From assembly GCA_048270185.1 (NCBI GenBank), contig JBLWTJ010000002.1, positions 32,001-96,000 on the forward strand: a DNA stretch of 64,000 bases, read 5' to 3'. A model generated the notes under the pieces. The model had not been told where the DNA came from, did not search any database, and was given only the letters and a program-made list of their open reading frames with translations. Both the position numbers and the translations under genes were made by a program. Numbering within the stretch: the first letter of the stretch is position 1; each line of letters starts with the position of its first letter. Source of the stretch: Bacteriovoracaceae bacterium (GTDB lineage: Bacteria > Bdellovibrionota > Bacteriovoracia > Bacteriovoracales > Bacteriovoracaceae). Below, piece after piece: positions 30,700 to 39,518 of the stretch.

Positions 30700-30723
30700 A
30701 ATTTCTCCTCAAAAATTCTTCCA

Positions 30724-31980
30724 TCATACATATGGGATATTCCACAGTGATTTGACTGCTGTTAGCTCTCGATGATTTCGACTACGCAAATAACTTAATT
30801 TTTGCTTAAGCGATTCAAGAAATACTGAGCTTGATACAACACCCCTTAAGTATAGTTTTTCAATTCTAGTGTGCTTTTTTTCAATTTCTCTTTGCTTCAT
30901 TGTTTTCTCAAGAATTCGAACTGCACTTTCATAAACTTTTAATTGCTCAAATCGCTCATGATTCTCTTCGGCCTGTGTTAACTCAACATTCTTTTGAGCA
31001 CGAATTAATTCACTGCGAGCATGCTCCTTTCCTCCTCCATTTACTTGAAAAAGAGGGATTGGTATTGCCACATTTAAACCGATCATTGTCGTCTCTTTGG
31101 TTCCATCTCTTTCAATATTTAAAGATGGACCAATTTGTAAATTTGGCCATGCCTGAGACTTTTGATGTTCAAGATCAATTGCCGCTAATTGTGATAATGA
31201 CTTTAAACGCTTTACCTCAGGTGATGATGTACTACTTCCAGTATCTGTCAGCTTACGCCACTTTGTTGGAGTGCTCGGTAAATAGGCTTCAATCTCAGAA
31301 AGAGAGTGTCCAGTTGCAATATGGAAGAAGTGTTCCACTTTTCTCTCTTCTTCGTAGAGCTCGGATGCATTAACTTTTGTTTCTTCATAAGCAATTTCAA
31401 ATAGAGTCAAAGAAGCTTCTTGTTCCGCCGAAAGTCTTGGTAGTTTTCTTAACTGGCCAATAACTTTCTTAAATGCAGAAAGAGCTTCTTCAAGAACTTT
31501 CTTCTCATCGAGTATTTGTCTTAGGCGGTAAAGATTTAAAATAGTCTCAATTTTTACTTCGGCCTTTGTCACCTCAGTATTGGCCATTGCTTCTTTTACA
31601 GCAGCTTTTGCATATTCTTTTCGACTACTTCGCTTTCCCCCTAATTCAATTTCAAATGTTAAATTAGTTTCTAGCTCAGAGCTATCAACACCATCTTCTT
31701 GAGCTTCAAGATAGCGTGCCGATAGTGTTGGGTTTGGAAGTTGAGACGCCTTATCTTCAAGCATCGCACTACTTTCTAGATTCAAATTGCCTTTCTTGAT
31801 CCCTGGATGAAATTCTAAGGCGCACTTAATGATATCATCTGTCTTACTAGGTAACTCGCACTCTTCATGGACACCATGAATATGCTTCTTACCTTCGGCC
31901 TCGGAATGGGCCCCTTCTCTTGCCAGTGAAACCGTTACAGTTCCAAGAAGCAACAGAATACTTACATATATATTTTTCAT
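30724..31980 (-). CDS. czcC: CzcC/TolC-family outer membrane protein (3' end apparently frameshifted)
   Basis: Signal peptide with His patch; LPNPTL, IELGGKRSSR and IPIPLFQVNGG motifs. Confidence 0.9.
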   Translation of the reverse strand: MKNIYVSILLLLGTVTVSLAREGAHSEAEGKKHIHGVHEECELPSKTDDIIKCALEFHPGIKKGNLNLESSAMLEDKASQLPNPTLSARYLEAQEDGVDSSELETNLTFEIELGGKRSSRKEYAKAAVKEAMANTEVTKAEVKIETILNLYRLRQILDEKKVLEEALSAFKKVIGQLRKLPRLSAEQEASLTLFEIAYEETKVNASELYEEERKVEHFFHIATGHSLSEIEAYLPSTPTKWRKLTDTGSSTSSPEVKRLKSLSQLAAIDLEHQKSQAWPNLQIGPSLNIERDGTKETTMIGLNVAIPIPLFQVNGGGKEHARSELIRAQKNVELTQAEENHERFEQLKVYESAVRILEKTMKQREIEKKHTRIEKLYLRGVVSSSVFLESLKQKLSYLRSRNHRELTAVKSLWNIPYV

Positions 31981-32064
31981 TTTTTAAAACTCTTAATTTA
32001 AACTTATTAACAATACCCAATAGAGCAATGAGTGCTATTAAGTACTTTGCATATTAAATAAAAA

Positions 32065-32388
32065 TTAAGAAAAGAGTGGTGGCCTAAAGACCAAGTCAGG
32101 AAAAGGTGGATGGTAGTGAATATTGTAATTACAGTCTACTTTTGAAGAGATTGGAGAGCCGACACAAGAAACTTCGTCACTGGTCGCGATATAGAATGAA
32201 GAAATACAGGCGCTATGTTTCTCGCAGCAATTCTCTTCATCATTACAATCACTATGCTCTTTATGCTGATCATCCGCACAGTGAACCTTTTCGGCCTGTA
32301 CAGTATTAAATGCAATTTCTTTAACTTCAACTGCTGAAGCAGTTAAGATTGAAAAAATTGAAAATATGTAGATGATTCTTAACAACAT
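32065..32388 (-). CDS. His/Cys-rich leader protein with C-terminal RPP motif (CzcI/DUF2946-like)
   Basis: N-terminal hydrophobic helix, HCADDQHKEHSDC..CCEKHSAC, ends FRPPLFS; first gene of the czc operon. Confidence 0.65.
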   Translation of the reverse strand: MLLRIIYIFSIFSILTASAVEVKEIAFNTVQAEKVHCADDQHKEHSDCNDEENCCEKHSACISSFYIATSDEVSCVGSPISSKVDCNYNIHYHPPFPDLVFRPPLFS

Positions 32389-32466
32389 TAATCTAATATT
32401 ACCCAGAAACACGGTGAAAGACAATAGAAGCAATAAATGTGAGAGTTAGGATTTAAACTACTGAAA

Positions 32467-33375
32467 TTAAAAGAAGCTTAAATATCTCTCTCTGATATAA
32501 TTTCTTAACCACTGATGAGAAGAAGAGTTTTCGCGACTCTTATGCCAAACCATTTGATGCCTGAAGGGACTTACCTCAAATGGAACTTCAAAAGTCCTTA
32601 GATCGTAGTACTTAGAGACTCTCTTACCAAAAGCTTCTGGAACAATAGTGAGAAGATCTCTATTTTCGATAAGCATTGGAATCGAATTAAGATATGAAGT
32701 TCTCATGATTATTCTTCGACTCTCTCCAATACTTTGTAGGTAATTATCAATATCACTGCCAGGCTTCTCTGTTGGGGTATAAAGAACATGATCAGCTTTC
32801 AAGTATTGCTTAAGTGTTATCTTCTTGCGGTATTGCTTACTGGCCTTATTGGCAAGAATACAAAAATTATGAATACCAAGTGTTTCAATGCTGAAGTTAC
32901 TTATTTCATCGAGATTTCCGGCAAAGCTTAAGTCGATATCACCTCTTGTCATACGTTCTAAGAAGTCTTCTAAAACAATCCCCTTCATGGTGATGCTAAT
33001 ATTTGGAGCATCGTCCGTTAGAGAATTTAAAAGTTTCGGAACCCACATATAGGAATCAAATGCGGTACCAGAGACTTTAAAGTCCTTATTAGAGTTCGCA
33101 GCTGACCACCCACTTGACTCAAAAAGTCTACTCTCAAGATCACTTAAGTGGCCTTCCACAAATGAACCAAGCTCCATCGCCTTATCCGTTGGGATAAAAC
33201 TTCGGCCAGAGCGAATGAATAACTCATCATTAAGACTATCTCTTAAACGACTTAAAGCGTGGCTTACGGCCGGTTGAGAAAGGCCCAAATTAGTCGCAGT
33301 TTGACTTACATTTAAGGTATTAAATAAATCCTTAAAGATAACGAGTAGGTTTAAATCGAAATTCCTTATATTCAT
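32467..33375 (-). CDS. LysR-family transcriptional regulator
   Basis: FDLNLL...NVSQTATNLGLSQPAVSHALSRLR..LNDELFIR; divergent from the oxidoreductase. Confidence 0.95.
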   Translation of the reverse strand: MNIRNFDLNLLVIFKDLFNTLNVSQTATNLGLSQPAVSHALSRLRDSLNDELFIRSGRSFIPTDKAMELGSFVEGHLSDLESRLFESSGWSAANSNKDFKVSGTAFDSYMWVPKLLNSLTDDAPNISITMKGIVLEDFLERMTRGDIDLSFAGNLDEISNFSIETLGIHNFCILANKASKQYRKKITLKQYLKADHVLYTPTEKPGSDIDNYLQSIGESRRIIMRTSYLNSIPMLIENRDLLTIVPEAFGKRVSKYYDLRTFEVPFEVSPFRHQMVWHKSRENSSSHQWLRNYIRERYLSFF

Positions 33376-33466
33376 ATAACTAATACCTAAAATTAACAAT
33401 ATTCATTTAATTTATATAGCGAGAGAGAGTAAAATGCAATTCAAACGGGCATAAATGGAGAAAGTT

Positions 33467-34024
33467 ATGAAAGTATTAATTATAAATGCACACCCTGATC
33501 TTGAGAGTTTCACTTCAAAAATTGCACATAAGATTCATGAGACAAGTCTTACTCGAGGACAAGAGGCCCATCTATTAAATATTGCATCTCTAAAATTTGA
33601 TCCAAATTTTAAAGGCTTCTCTGATCGCCAAAAAATAGATTCCCTGGAACCAGATCTCGTGAATGCGCAAAAGCTAATAAAAGACAGTGATCATATTATC
33701 ATCACAACACCAATATGGTGGTCAACCTACCCTGCTATTCTAAAGGGCTTCTTTGATCGCACACTTCTACCGGGCTTTGCCTTCAAGTATCAAAAAGGCA
33801 AGATGTTACAAGAAAAGCTCCTAACGGGAAAAACTGCTAAGCTCATTCTCTTAAGTGATGCTCCGGTATGGTATCGACGCTTTATTCAACGAGATCCCGC
33901 GGCGCAAATTTTAAAAAGAGATATCCTTGGTTTTTGTGGCATCAAAGTCAATCGAATACAGCGCATCGGAAAAGTCGGAAAACTAGGTGCAGACGAGAGA
34001 GAAAAGATTATTGCAAGTTATTAA
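33467..34024 (+). CDS. NAD(P)H-dependent oxidoreductase, flavodoxin-like fold (MdaB/KefF family)
   Basis: AHPDLESF and PIWWSTYPAILKGFFDR motifs. Confidence 0.92.
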   Translation: MKVLIINAHPDLESFTSKIAHKIHETSLTRGQEAHLLNIASLKFDPNFKGFSDRQKIDSLEPDLVNAQKLIKDSDHIIITTPIWWSTYPAILKGFFDRTLLPGFAFKYQKGKMLQEKLLTGKTAKLILLSDAPVWYRRFIQRDPAAQILKRDILGFCGIKVNRIQRIGKVGKLGADEREKIIASY

Positions 34025-34124
34025 AAATTAATTCGAATAAACCTTAGGAGATGCTTCGCGTATTAAGCTTAGGCCTTGGCCAGTGTATGATGGTAATTCA
34101 ATCACAAATAAATGGAGGTATTCA

Positions 34125-34358
34125 TTGAGTGACAAACCAGAAATTACACCTAATATTCCGGAGCATCCAACACCTTCGCCCAAACCAGAGACTCCAAAGC
34201 CTCATAAAACACCTGAGACTCCAGAGATACCGCGCGAGGTTCCAGAACCACCGGATACGCCTAATAACCCTCCGGTTGAAGTTCCACCTGATGTTCCAGA
34301 AAGGCCACCAGTGAAGGACCCGGAAAAACCATTTGATCCGCCAAAGGCAGGGCCTTAG
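34125..34358 (+). CDS. Small Pro/Glu-rich disordered protein
   Basis: GGAGG SD, TTG start at 34125, PE/PD/PK repeats, terminator-like hairpin at the stop. Confidence 0.55.
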   Translation: MSDKPEITPNIPEHPTPSPKPETPKPHKTPETPEIPREVPEPPDTPNNPPVEVPPDVPERPPVKDPEKPFDPPKAGP

Positions 34359-34367
34359 AAAGGCCCT
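34349..34367. terminator. GC-rich hairpin between convergent genes
   Basis: AGGGCCT-TAGAA-AGGCCCT. Confidence 0.6.
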
Positions 34368-34377
34368 ACTAATTCAG

Positions 34378-34725
34378 TTACTTTCCAGTAAAATTTGCGG
34401 CAACAAATTCACCTGAAAGTTTTAAGAAAATATAAAGCTTTTTACCTTTAACACCTTTTTCATTATCAAATGTAACAACCCATTCAGTCTTCTTACCAAA
34501 AGTCTTTTTCACTGACTGATTGTATGTAGAGTTTTTCCAAGAGGCATCAATCTTGCCGGCCTTAATAAGTCTAATGATATGACCTTGGCCGATTTCAACC
34601 GTTTTCTCTTTAGAAACTGCCGGGACTCCATGAGAGTGACTATGACCATGGGAATGGCCATGTCCAGGACCAGCAAAGTTTGAAAAAGAAAAAAGTAAAG
34701 TTCCAATTAAAAATAAGTTTCTCAT
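34378..34725 (-). CDS. Exported His-rich protein (DUF6488-like)
   Basis: Signal peptide, GHGHSHGHSHSH, EWVVTF and LYIFLKLSGEFVAANFTGK. Confidence 0.7.
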   Translation of the reverse strand: MRNLFLIGTLLFSFSNFAGPGHGHSHGHSHSHGVPAVSKEKTVEIGQGHIIRLIKAGKIDASWKNSTYNQSVKKTFGKKTEWVVTFDNEKGVKGKKLYIFLKLSGEFVAANFTGK

Positions 34726-34735
34726 ATGTATTCCC

Positions 34736-35512
34736 CTATAAATTATCGTGTTTGATTTCATCAGTTTGTGATTCATTCATTTTCATATGATGGTGAAGAT
34801 GATTGTCCTCACTAAATCCAAACTCATCACTGCCAGTAGAGTGAAGGTAGCCATGTAATTGCATCAAAAGAAGCATAAACCCAGCTAACATAATCCCATC
34901 ATTAAAAACTCTTGAAAGTCTTGCAAATAAATGAAGCTTTCTCATTTGAGTAATAATTAAAAGCATTATAACTAGTCCTACGATTTGACCTAATTCAACA
35001 CCAATATTAAATGAGATAATTCTCACTAGCATTTCAAAACCTTTATCACCTAATGGCAGCTGTTGAAGACGAGTTGAAAGTCCAAAGCCGTGAATTAGGC
35101 CAAAGATAAAGACCATCCAAAGTAAGTTTGGTGATTTCTTTAATCCAAAATACTCTTGAAATCCTTTATTATTATCGAAACCCTTATAGATAACAGATAT
35201 GGCAATAACAGCATCAATGAGCCAGTAGTTGGCCGCAATTCCCATAAACGTTGCAAAGATAAGTGTAATACTATGGCCTAAAGTAAAGATACTTATAAAC
35301 TTAACGATATCTTTAAAAGTCTTTAAAAAGAATATGACACCAAAAAGAAAAAGTAAGTGATCATATCCTGTAATCATGTGCTCAGCACCAAGGATGATAT
35401 ATTTTAAATAACCACCTTCAATCATTGCACGTCTTGCTTCTTCACTTATTCCATGAGCAAATGAGTTTGCAGCATAGAAAGAAGTAAGAATACTTAATAA
35501 AATTTTAAACAT
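34736..35512 (-). CDS. HupE/UreJ-family Ni/Co transporter
   Basis: HMITGYDHLLF, FTLGHSITL, FGLIHGFG and FNIGVELGQ motifs; His-rich tail. Confidence 0.9.
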   Translation of the reverse strand: MFKILLSILTSFYAANSFAHGISEEARRAMIEGGYLKYIILGAEHMITGYDHLLFLFGVIFFLKTFKDIVKFISIFTLGHSITLIFATFMGIAANYWLIDAVIAISVIYKGFDNNKGFQEYFGLKKSPNLLWMVFIFGLIHGFGLSTRLQQLPLGDKGFEMLVRIISFNIGVELGQIVGLVIMLLIITQMRKLHLFARLSRVFNDGIMLAGFMLLLMQLHGYLHSTGSDEFGFSEDNHLHHHMKMNESQTDEIKHDNL

Positions 35513-35549
35513 AATTTCTCCAATTTTTAGTTTTAATGATTTTAAAAAA

Positions 35550-35930
35550 CTAAGAATGCATTGGAGGACGATAGATTTTACTTGGGTGAGGATTTGATAG
35601 TAATACTTTTTCAAGAAAGCCTAACTTAAGTTCTACAACAGTAACTTTTCCAAAGACTTTTACCGTGCGACTCAAGAGCTTAACTTCTGATTGCGTAACC
35701 TTTGAGTGATCATGATTGTGCTCATGTTCTTCACCATCCTCACTATGCTTATGCTTGTGAGTATGGGGACGCTCATCAATATTATCATGATGACTATTAT
35801 TATAATTTAAAAATTCTACGAGATGAGAGTTGAGCTCATTTTCACTATCAATGAGACTAGGCCCCGTCATAACTACGATGATAGCTAATGAAGAAACAAG
35901 AATAGCTTTAAAGAAAGCGTCTAGGGCCAT
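35550..35930 (-). CDS. His-rich leader protein with C-terminal RPP motif
   Basis: N-terminal TM helix, HTHKHKHSEDGEEHEHNHDH, ends IYRPPMHS; first gene of the hupE operon. Confidence 0.7.
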   Translation of the reverse strand: MALDAFFKAILVSSLAIIVVMTGPSLIDSENELNSHLVEFLNYNNSHHDNIDERPHTHKHKHSEDGEEHEHNHDHSKVTQSEVKLLSRTVKVFGKVTVVELKLGFLEKVLLSNPHPSKIYRPPMHS

Positions 35931-35997
35931 AATCTAATTATATTTATATTTCACTATATGTAAGTAAAAAAAGACACAGATCTTTTAATAACACTTA

Positions 35998-36393
35998 CTA
36001 TTTTTGGATTTCACCGCAAGTAAGCATTTTCTTTCCATAATATGGATTACTAATAGAAGAACCTTTCTGTATCCATCGAGCATTTGCCATCGGACATTTA
36101 ACGATTTTAAGATCGCTATTTTCAAGTGATTTTCCATTCTTAATATAGATTTCAGAAAGAAGCTTAAACGAATTTCTTAAAGCACTAATACTACTTAAGT
36201 TCTTGTCACAATCATCGTATTTATAATCTTTAGCATAGTGTCCAAGCTCTTTTTTACACATTGTTTTCCAAGACTTAAGTCCCTGACTTAGATCTTCCTC
36301 TACTAGTGACTTTTGAAGGCTTAAGTAATTCTGATATTCTAACTCATGGCAAAAAACGTTGAAAGATAATACCAAAGCTATAAGTAATTTCAT
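35998..36393 (-). CDS. DUF3347-like periplasmic metal-binding protein
   Basis: YLSLQKSLV, LRNSFKLLS and CPMANARW...NPYYGKKMLTCG. Confidence 0.8.
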   Translation of the reverse strand: MKLLIALVLSFNVFCHELEYQNYLSLQKSLVEEDLSQGLKSWKTMCKKELGHYAKDYKYDDCDKNLSSISALRNSFKLLSEIYIKNGKSLENSDLKIVKCPMANARWIQKGSSISNPYYGKKMLTCGEIQK

Positions 36394-36493
36394 GACTTTC
36401 TCCTATGAAAAGTATGATAATCATCATACCCCCCTAGGGTATATCGTAAAAAACATAAAATCAAATTAATTAAAGGTTCCTGGATACTTTTCG

Positions 36494-36510
36494 GGATGCG
36501 CAACAGCATC
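36494..36510 (-). terminator. Hairpin after the thermonuclease gene
   Basis: GGATGC...GCATCC inverted repeat abutting the stop codon. Confidence 0.45.
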
Positions 36511-36984
36511 CTAATTCTCTGAAGCAATCTCACGATTAGACTTACACCAGTCAATCTTCTTCTTGGTGCCACCATCATAAGCATAGGCCAGCCCATTCTT
36601 AAGAAGATAGTATGATAGAGACTTACCATCAATCTTTACATCGGCCACCACACGGAAATACTTCCCGCGAGACACATTCTCAAGATCGATTCTCTTGGCA
36701 TGCTTTAAGAGATTGGCAACGATCTTCTTGGCATCTCTGCCCTTACTTTTCTCACACTTATTCTTCGTTCGTATCTCAGGCGTATCCACTCCACTCACTC
36801 GCACATTAATTCGACTCCCAATGAGTGGATGTACATTTGGAATATCAAATGTCACGGTATCGGCGTCGTAGTTCTTCACATATTTAACACAGCGGAAGTT
36901 ACTGGCGTCGTGGGTGCAGTCTGAGGTCGCTAGTGTTGTTAGCTGGAGGAATGAAAATAAAAATATACAAATTATAAATCTCAT
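36511..36984 (-). CDS. Secreted thermonuclease (SNase family)
   Basis: YDADT, VRVSGVDTPE, GKYFRVVA and LLKNGLA motifs; signal peptide. Confidence 0.92.
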   Translation of the reverse strand: MRFIICIFLFSFLQLTTLATSDCTHDASNFRCVKYVKNYDADTVTFDIPNVHPLIGSRINVRVSGVDTPEIRTKNKCEKSKGRDAKKIVANLLKHAKRIDLENVSRGKYFRVVADVKIDGKSLSYYLLKNGLAYAYDGGTKKKIDWCKSNREIASEN

Positions 36985-37028
36985 ACGTCACCTATCGGAT
37001 AATTATCAAAATAAATTAGTTACAAAGC

Positions 37029-37319
37029 TTACTCTCCTACCTCCTCAAAACCACTAACATGCCTCTCCTTCAAAAATGTAACGATCACAAATGAATCTGG
37101 ATCACATAGGGCAAAGAACTCAATTTCTTTAAAGGTTCCATGATAACAGCTTAGAATGGATTTCTCCTCAAATCGATTAAAACGCCCGAGGTATTGAACG
37201 TCATCAAGTTGATACTTAAGCATCATTTGCATATGTCTTAGCTCTTCGACAGATATCTCATGACCATATCGAGAGAAGAATCTTGCTTGTGCATGCTTTG
37301 TTGTTATTTCGCTAGACAT
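37029..37319 (-). CDS. Small protein, possible BECR/RelE-like RNase fold
   Basis: N-terminal TKHAQARF..R and C-terminal VIVTF pattern; 96 aa; GAGG SD. Confidence 0.45.
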   Translation of the reverse strand: MSSEITTKHAQARFFSRYGHEISVEELRHMQMMLKYQLDDVQYLGRFNRFEEKSILSCYHGTFKEIEFFALCDPDSFVIVTFLKERHVSGFEEVGE

Positions 37320-37329
37320 GTATTAACCC

Positions 37330-37584
37330 TCACTTTGAAATATAATAAAAAAATGCAACCCCAGCTAATTCCACAATATCGCTTATCACCCACCTTAGAA
37401 GATAAGAATTCATCTTCTGGCCAAAAGGAAGTTTCAATTCGGCCCACTGATAGAATCTAAAATGCTTAGCAAATTTTTGAATTAGTGTTGTGTAGCCAAA
37501 TAGAACAATCGCAATACCTGCAAATTCCTCTCCTCCATTAATAAGAATGATAAAGTACAAAAGGATTACAATATTCTTTCTTAT
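37330..37584 (-). CDS. Small membrane protein (ATA or TTG start)
   Basis: Fills the operon gap; GGAGG precedes an in-frame ATA at 37584; hydrophobic segments. Confidence 0.5.
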   Translation of the reverse strand: MRKNIVILLYFIILINGGEEFAGIAIVLFGYTTLIQKFAKHFRFYQWAELKLPFGQKMNSYLLRWVISDIVELAGVAFFYYISK

Positions 37585-37592
37585 AATGCCTC

Positions 37593-37952
37593 CTAGGCCA
37601 ATACATCATAAATAATTAACATCTGCTGCGTTGATAAAACCATCCCTACAAAAGGTAATAGGAATACTATAGGTGAAATTTTCATATTACTTATGAGATA
37701 AGTTATAAATGCAATTGATACTCCATAGAGAAAAGAAAGTAGTGAGACAGCAATAGCAGGCCCCATGGCCTTTGGATCAGAAATATTCTGCAGTAGTAAA
37801 ATATAACCAATAATAGGGCCTAAGAAAGAAGCAAAGAGCGCTGAATTAATAATATAATCTTTGCGGACTTCTTTTTTTACAATAAGAGTCAATGCAATTA
37901 GCCCTAGAACAATTAATAATGAATACCAATCAACAAATATCATAAGATTCAT
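37593..37952 (-). CDS. Miniature MotA/PomA-like membrane protein
   Basis: FVDWYSLLIVLG and LLQNISDPKAMGPAIAVSLLSFLYG match MotA/PomA TM signatures; 119 aa. Confidence 0.65.
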   Translation of the reverse strand: MNLMIFVDWYSLLIVLGLIALTLIVKKEVRKDYIINSALFASFLGPIIGYILLLQNISDPKAMGPAIAVSLLSFLYGVSIAFITYLISNMKISPIVFLLPFVGMVLSTQQMLIIYDVLA

Positions 37953-37961
37953 AAGTCTCCC

Positions 37962-39515
37962 CTAGAACTCAAAACCAATTCCGATTTTGACTTCTTCTTC
38001 ATTAAAATTTCTGAACTCGTTTCTTTTAATATAGAGATTCAAGTAAGCATTCTTATCTCGATTACCATATTGAAACATGGTCATTCCCATATTGAAGTTA
38101 TAAGACTGGGCACTTCTTTGGGTTGCCGAGATTTCACTGTCATATCGATTATCATTGTAATAATGTGTCTTTTGCTCTTTTAAGAAACCATATCCTAAGT
38201 TAGCGTAGCCCTTTGCACTCTTATAAATAACGAGATTCACCCCAGACTCAGTGCGTGTAGTATCCTCAACCGTGTCGTCATCATTCTCGATTGAGTTGTA
38301 CTCAATTTCACTATAGACCCAAAGGTATGAGAAAAGCTTATAGTCGAGGCGTATTGGAAGTTGAGCAAACTCTCCCTTTCCTTCTCTGACAACAGCGGGA
38401 TTATAATTGATAATCCAATTTCCTTCGATATAAGGAGGAGTTTTAGATAGAGAGATTGTCTCCTCTGGCATGAAACGATTTGGCGTAAATTTTAATTGCC
38501 CCTCATAGACAACATAATCTTGCTTTACTAATTTTAGTTTCGACTCCTTGTCATAGCGAATAAGGATTGGTGTTACTCCTTTGTATTCATCATCAAGATA
38601 AACAGAAGCGCCGATTGGATTAGAGCGAATCATTACACGACTCTCTCTAGGTCGCATTTTCAAGTTAAGATCAAGGACCTCACTCTCTCCTATAGAAACG
38701 GGATAGATCATCGAGTAATAATCGGGGTGAGAAAGTGTAATTTGATGCTCAACTGACGCCTTAAGGGTTAGTCGATCATCATTACTTTTCTTACCATTTA
38801 CCTTAACCTGAGCATTTCGAGGATAAGTGCTTAGCTTAATCTTTCCAGTCGCTTCTTTTAAAATAATATTTTGAGAGATCTTGCCTTGAATTAGGATATT
38901 TCGAGTAACTTGCTGATAACCTCTTTTGTTAATTACCAGTAAGTACTTTCCATGTTCAAGAGAGACACTACAATTTGTCGTTGCATAGCGCTTTGAGTTC
39001 TTCTCAAGATTGATGATCTCAACATTTGCATCTGCTGGAGCAGTTGTCAGAGTCAAGACACTCTTTAGGGCGCGGTCACCATAGAGATTAAGAAGCTCAT
39101 CTTTATTTTGGCGACGTCTCTTCTCTTTCTCAATAGAAACCTTTGAGTAGCGAACTTGGCGGTAAACAATATAAGCACCATCCTTTGTTTTAACCGTTTC
39201 TTTAAATGGCGCAAGCCCTTCAATATTAATATTCTTATTTCTAAGCACAGAGCTTTCTTGAATCTGAGTTTCATCAAGGTCAGATAGAATTGAACTTGAG
39301 TACTCGAGATTGACCCCGTAATTATGAATAACAGCTTCATTAAGGGCATTGTAGTAGGCCTCTCTGTAAGCTTCATTGAGCTTCTTCTTCCCTTCAGAAA
39401 TTCCGACATAGTATTGGTAATCCTTATCCTCACTATAGACCTTGGAAGTCCAATCACCACTGGCAAGCAGTGATGACTGGAGGATAAGAAAGGCGTTGAG
39501 CCATTTAAAGAACAT
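37962..39515 (-). CDS. Exported LPP20-like + PEGA-repeat protein with probable C-terminal beta-barrel
   Basis: PEGA motifs (SNPIGASVYLDDEYKGVTP; TYPRNAQVKVNG); C-terminal IGIGFEF beta-signal. Confidence 0.75.
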   Translation of the reverse strand: MFFKWLNAFLILQSSLLASGDWTSKVYSEDKDYQYYVGISEGKKKLNEAYREAYYNALNEAVIHNYGVNLEYSSSILSDLDETQIQESSVLRNKNINIEGLAPFKETVKTKDGAYIVYRQVRYSKVSIEKEKRRRQNKDELLNLYGDRALKSVLTLTTAPADANVEIINLEKNSKRYATTNCSVSLEHGKYLLVINKRGYQQVTRNILIQGKISQNIILKEATGKIKLSTYPRNAQVKVNGKKSNDDRLTLKASVEHQITLSHPDYYSMIYPVSIGESEVLDLNLKMRPRESRVMIRSNPIGASVYLDDEYKGVTPILIRYDKESKLKLVKQDYVVYEGQLKFTPNRFMPEETISLSKTPPYIEGNWIINYNPAVVREGKGEFAQLPIRLDYKLFSYLWVYSEIEYNSIENDDDTVEDTTRTESGVNLVIYKSAKGYANLGYGFLKEQKTHYYNDNRYDSEISATQRSAQSYNFNMGMTMFQYGNRDKNAYLNLYIKRNEFRNFNEEEVKIGIGFEF

Positions 39516-39518
39516 GGC

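Noticed and set aside
36390..36632. 80-aa minus-strand ORF bridging the nuclease and DUF3347 genes
   Set aside because: It overlaps the thermonuclease gene in another frame, crosses its terminator-like hairpin and has no recognisable features.
37593..39515. Zorya system, suggested by a MotA-like gene in a defence island
   Set aside because: No ZorB/OmpA-domain gene, no long ZorA tail and no zorC/D/E arrangement.
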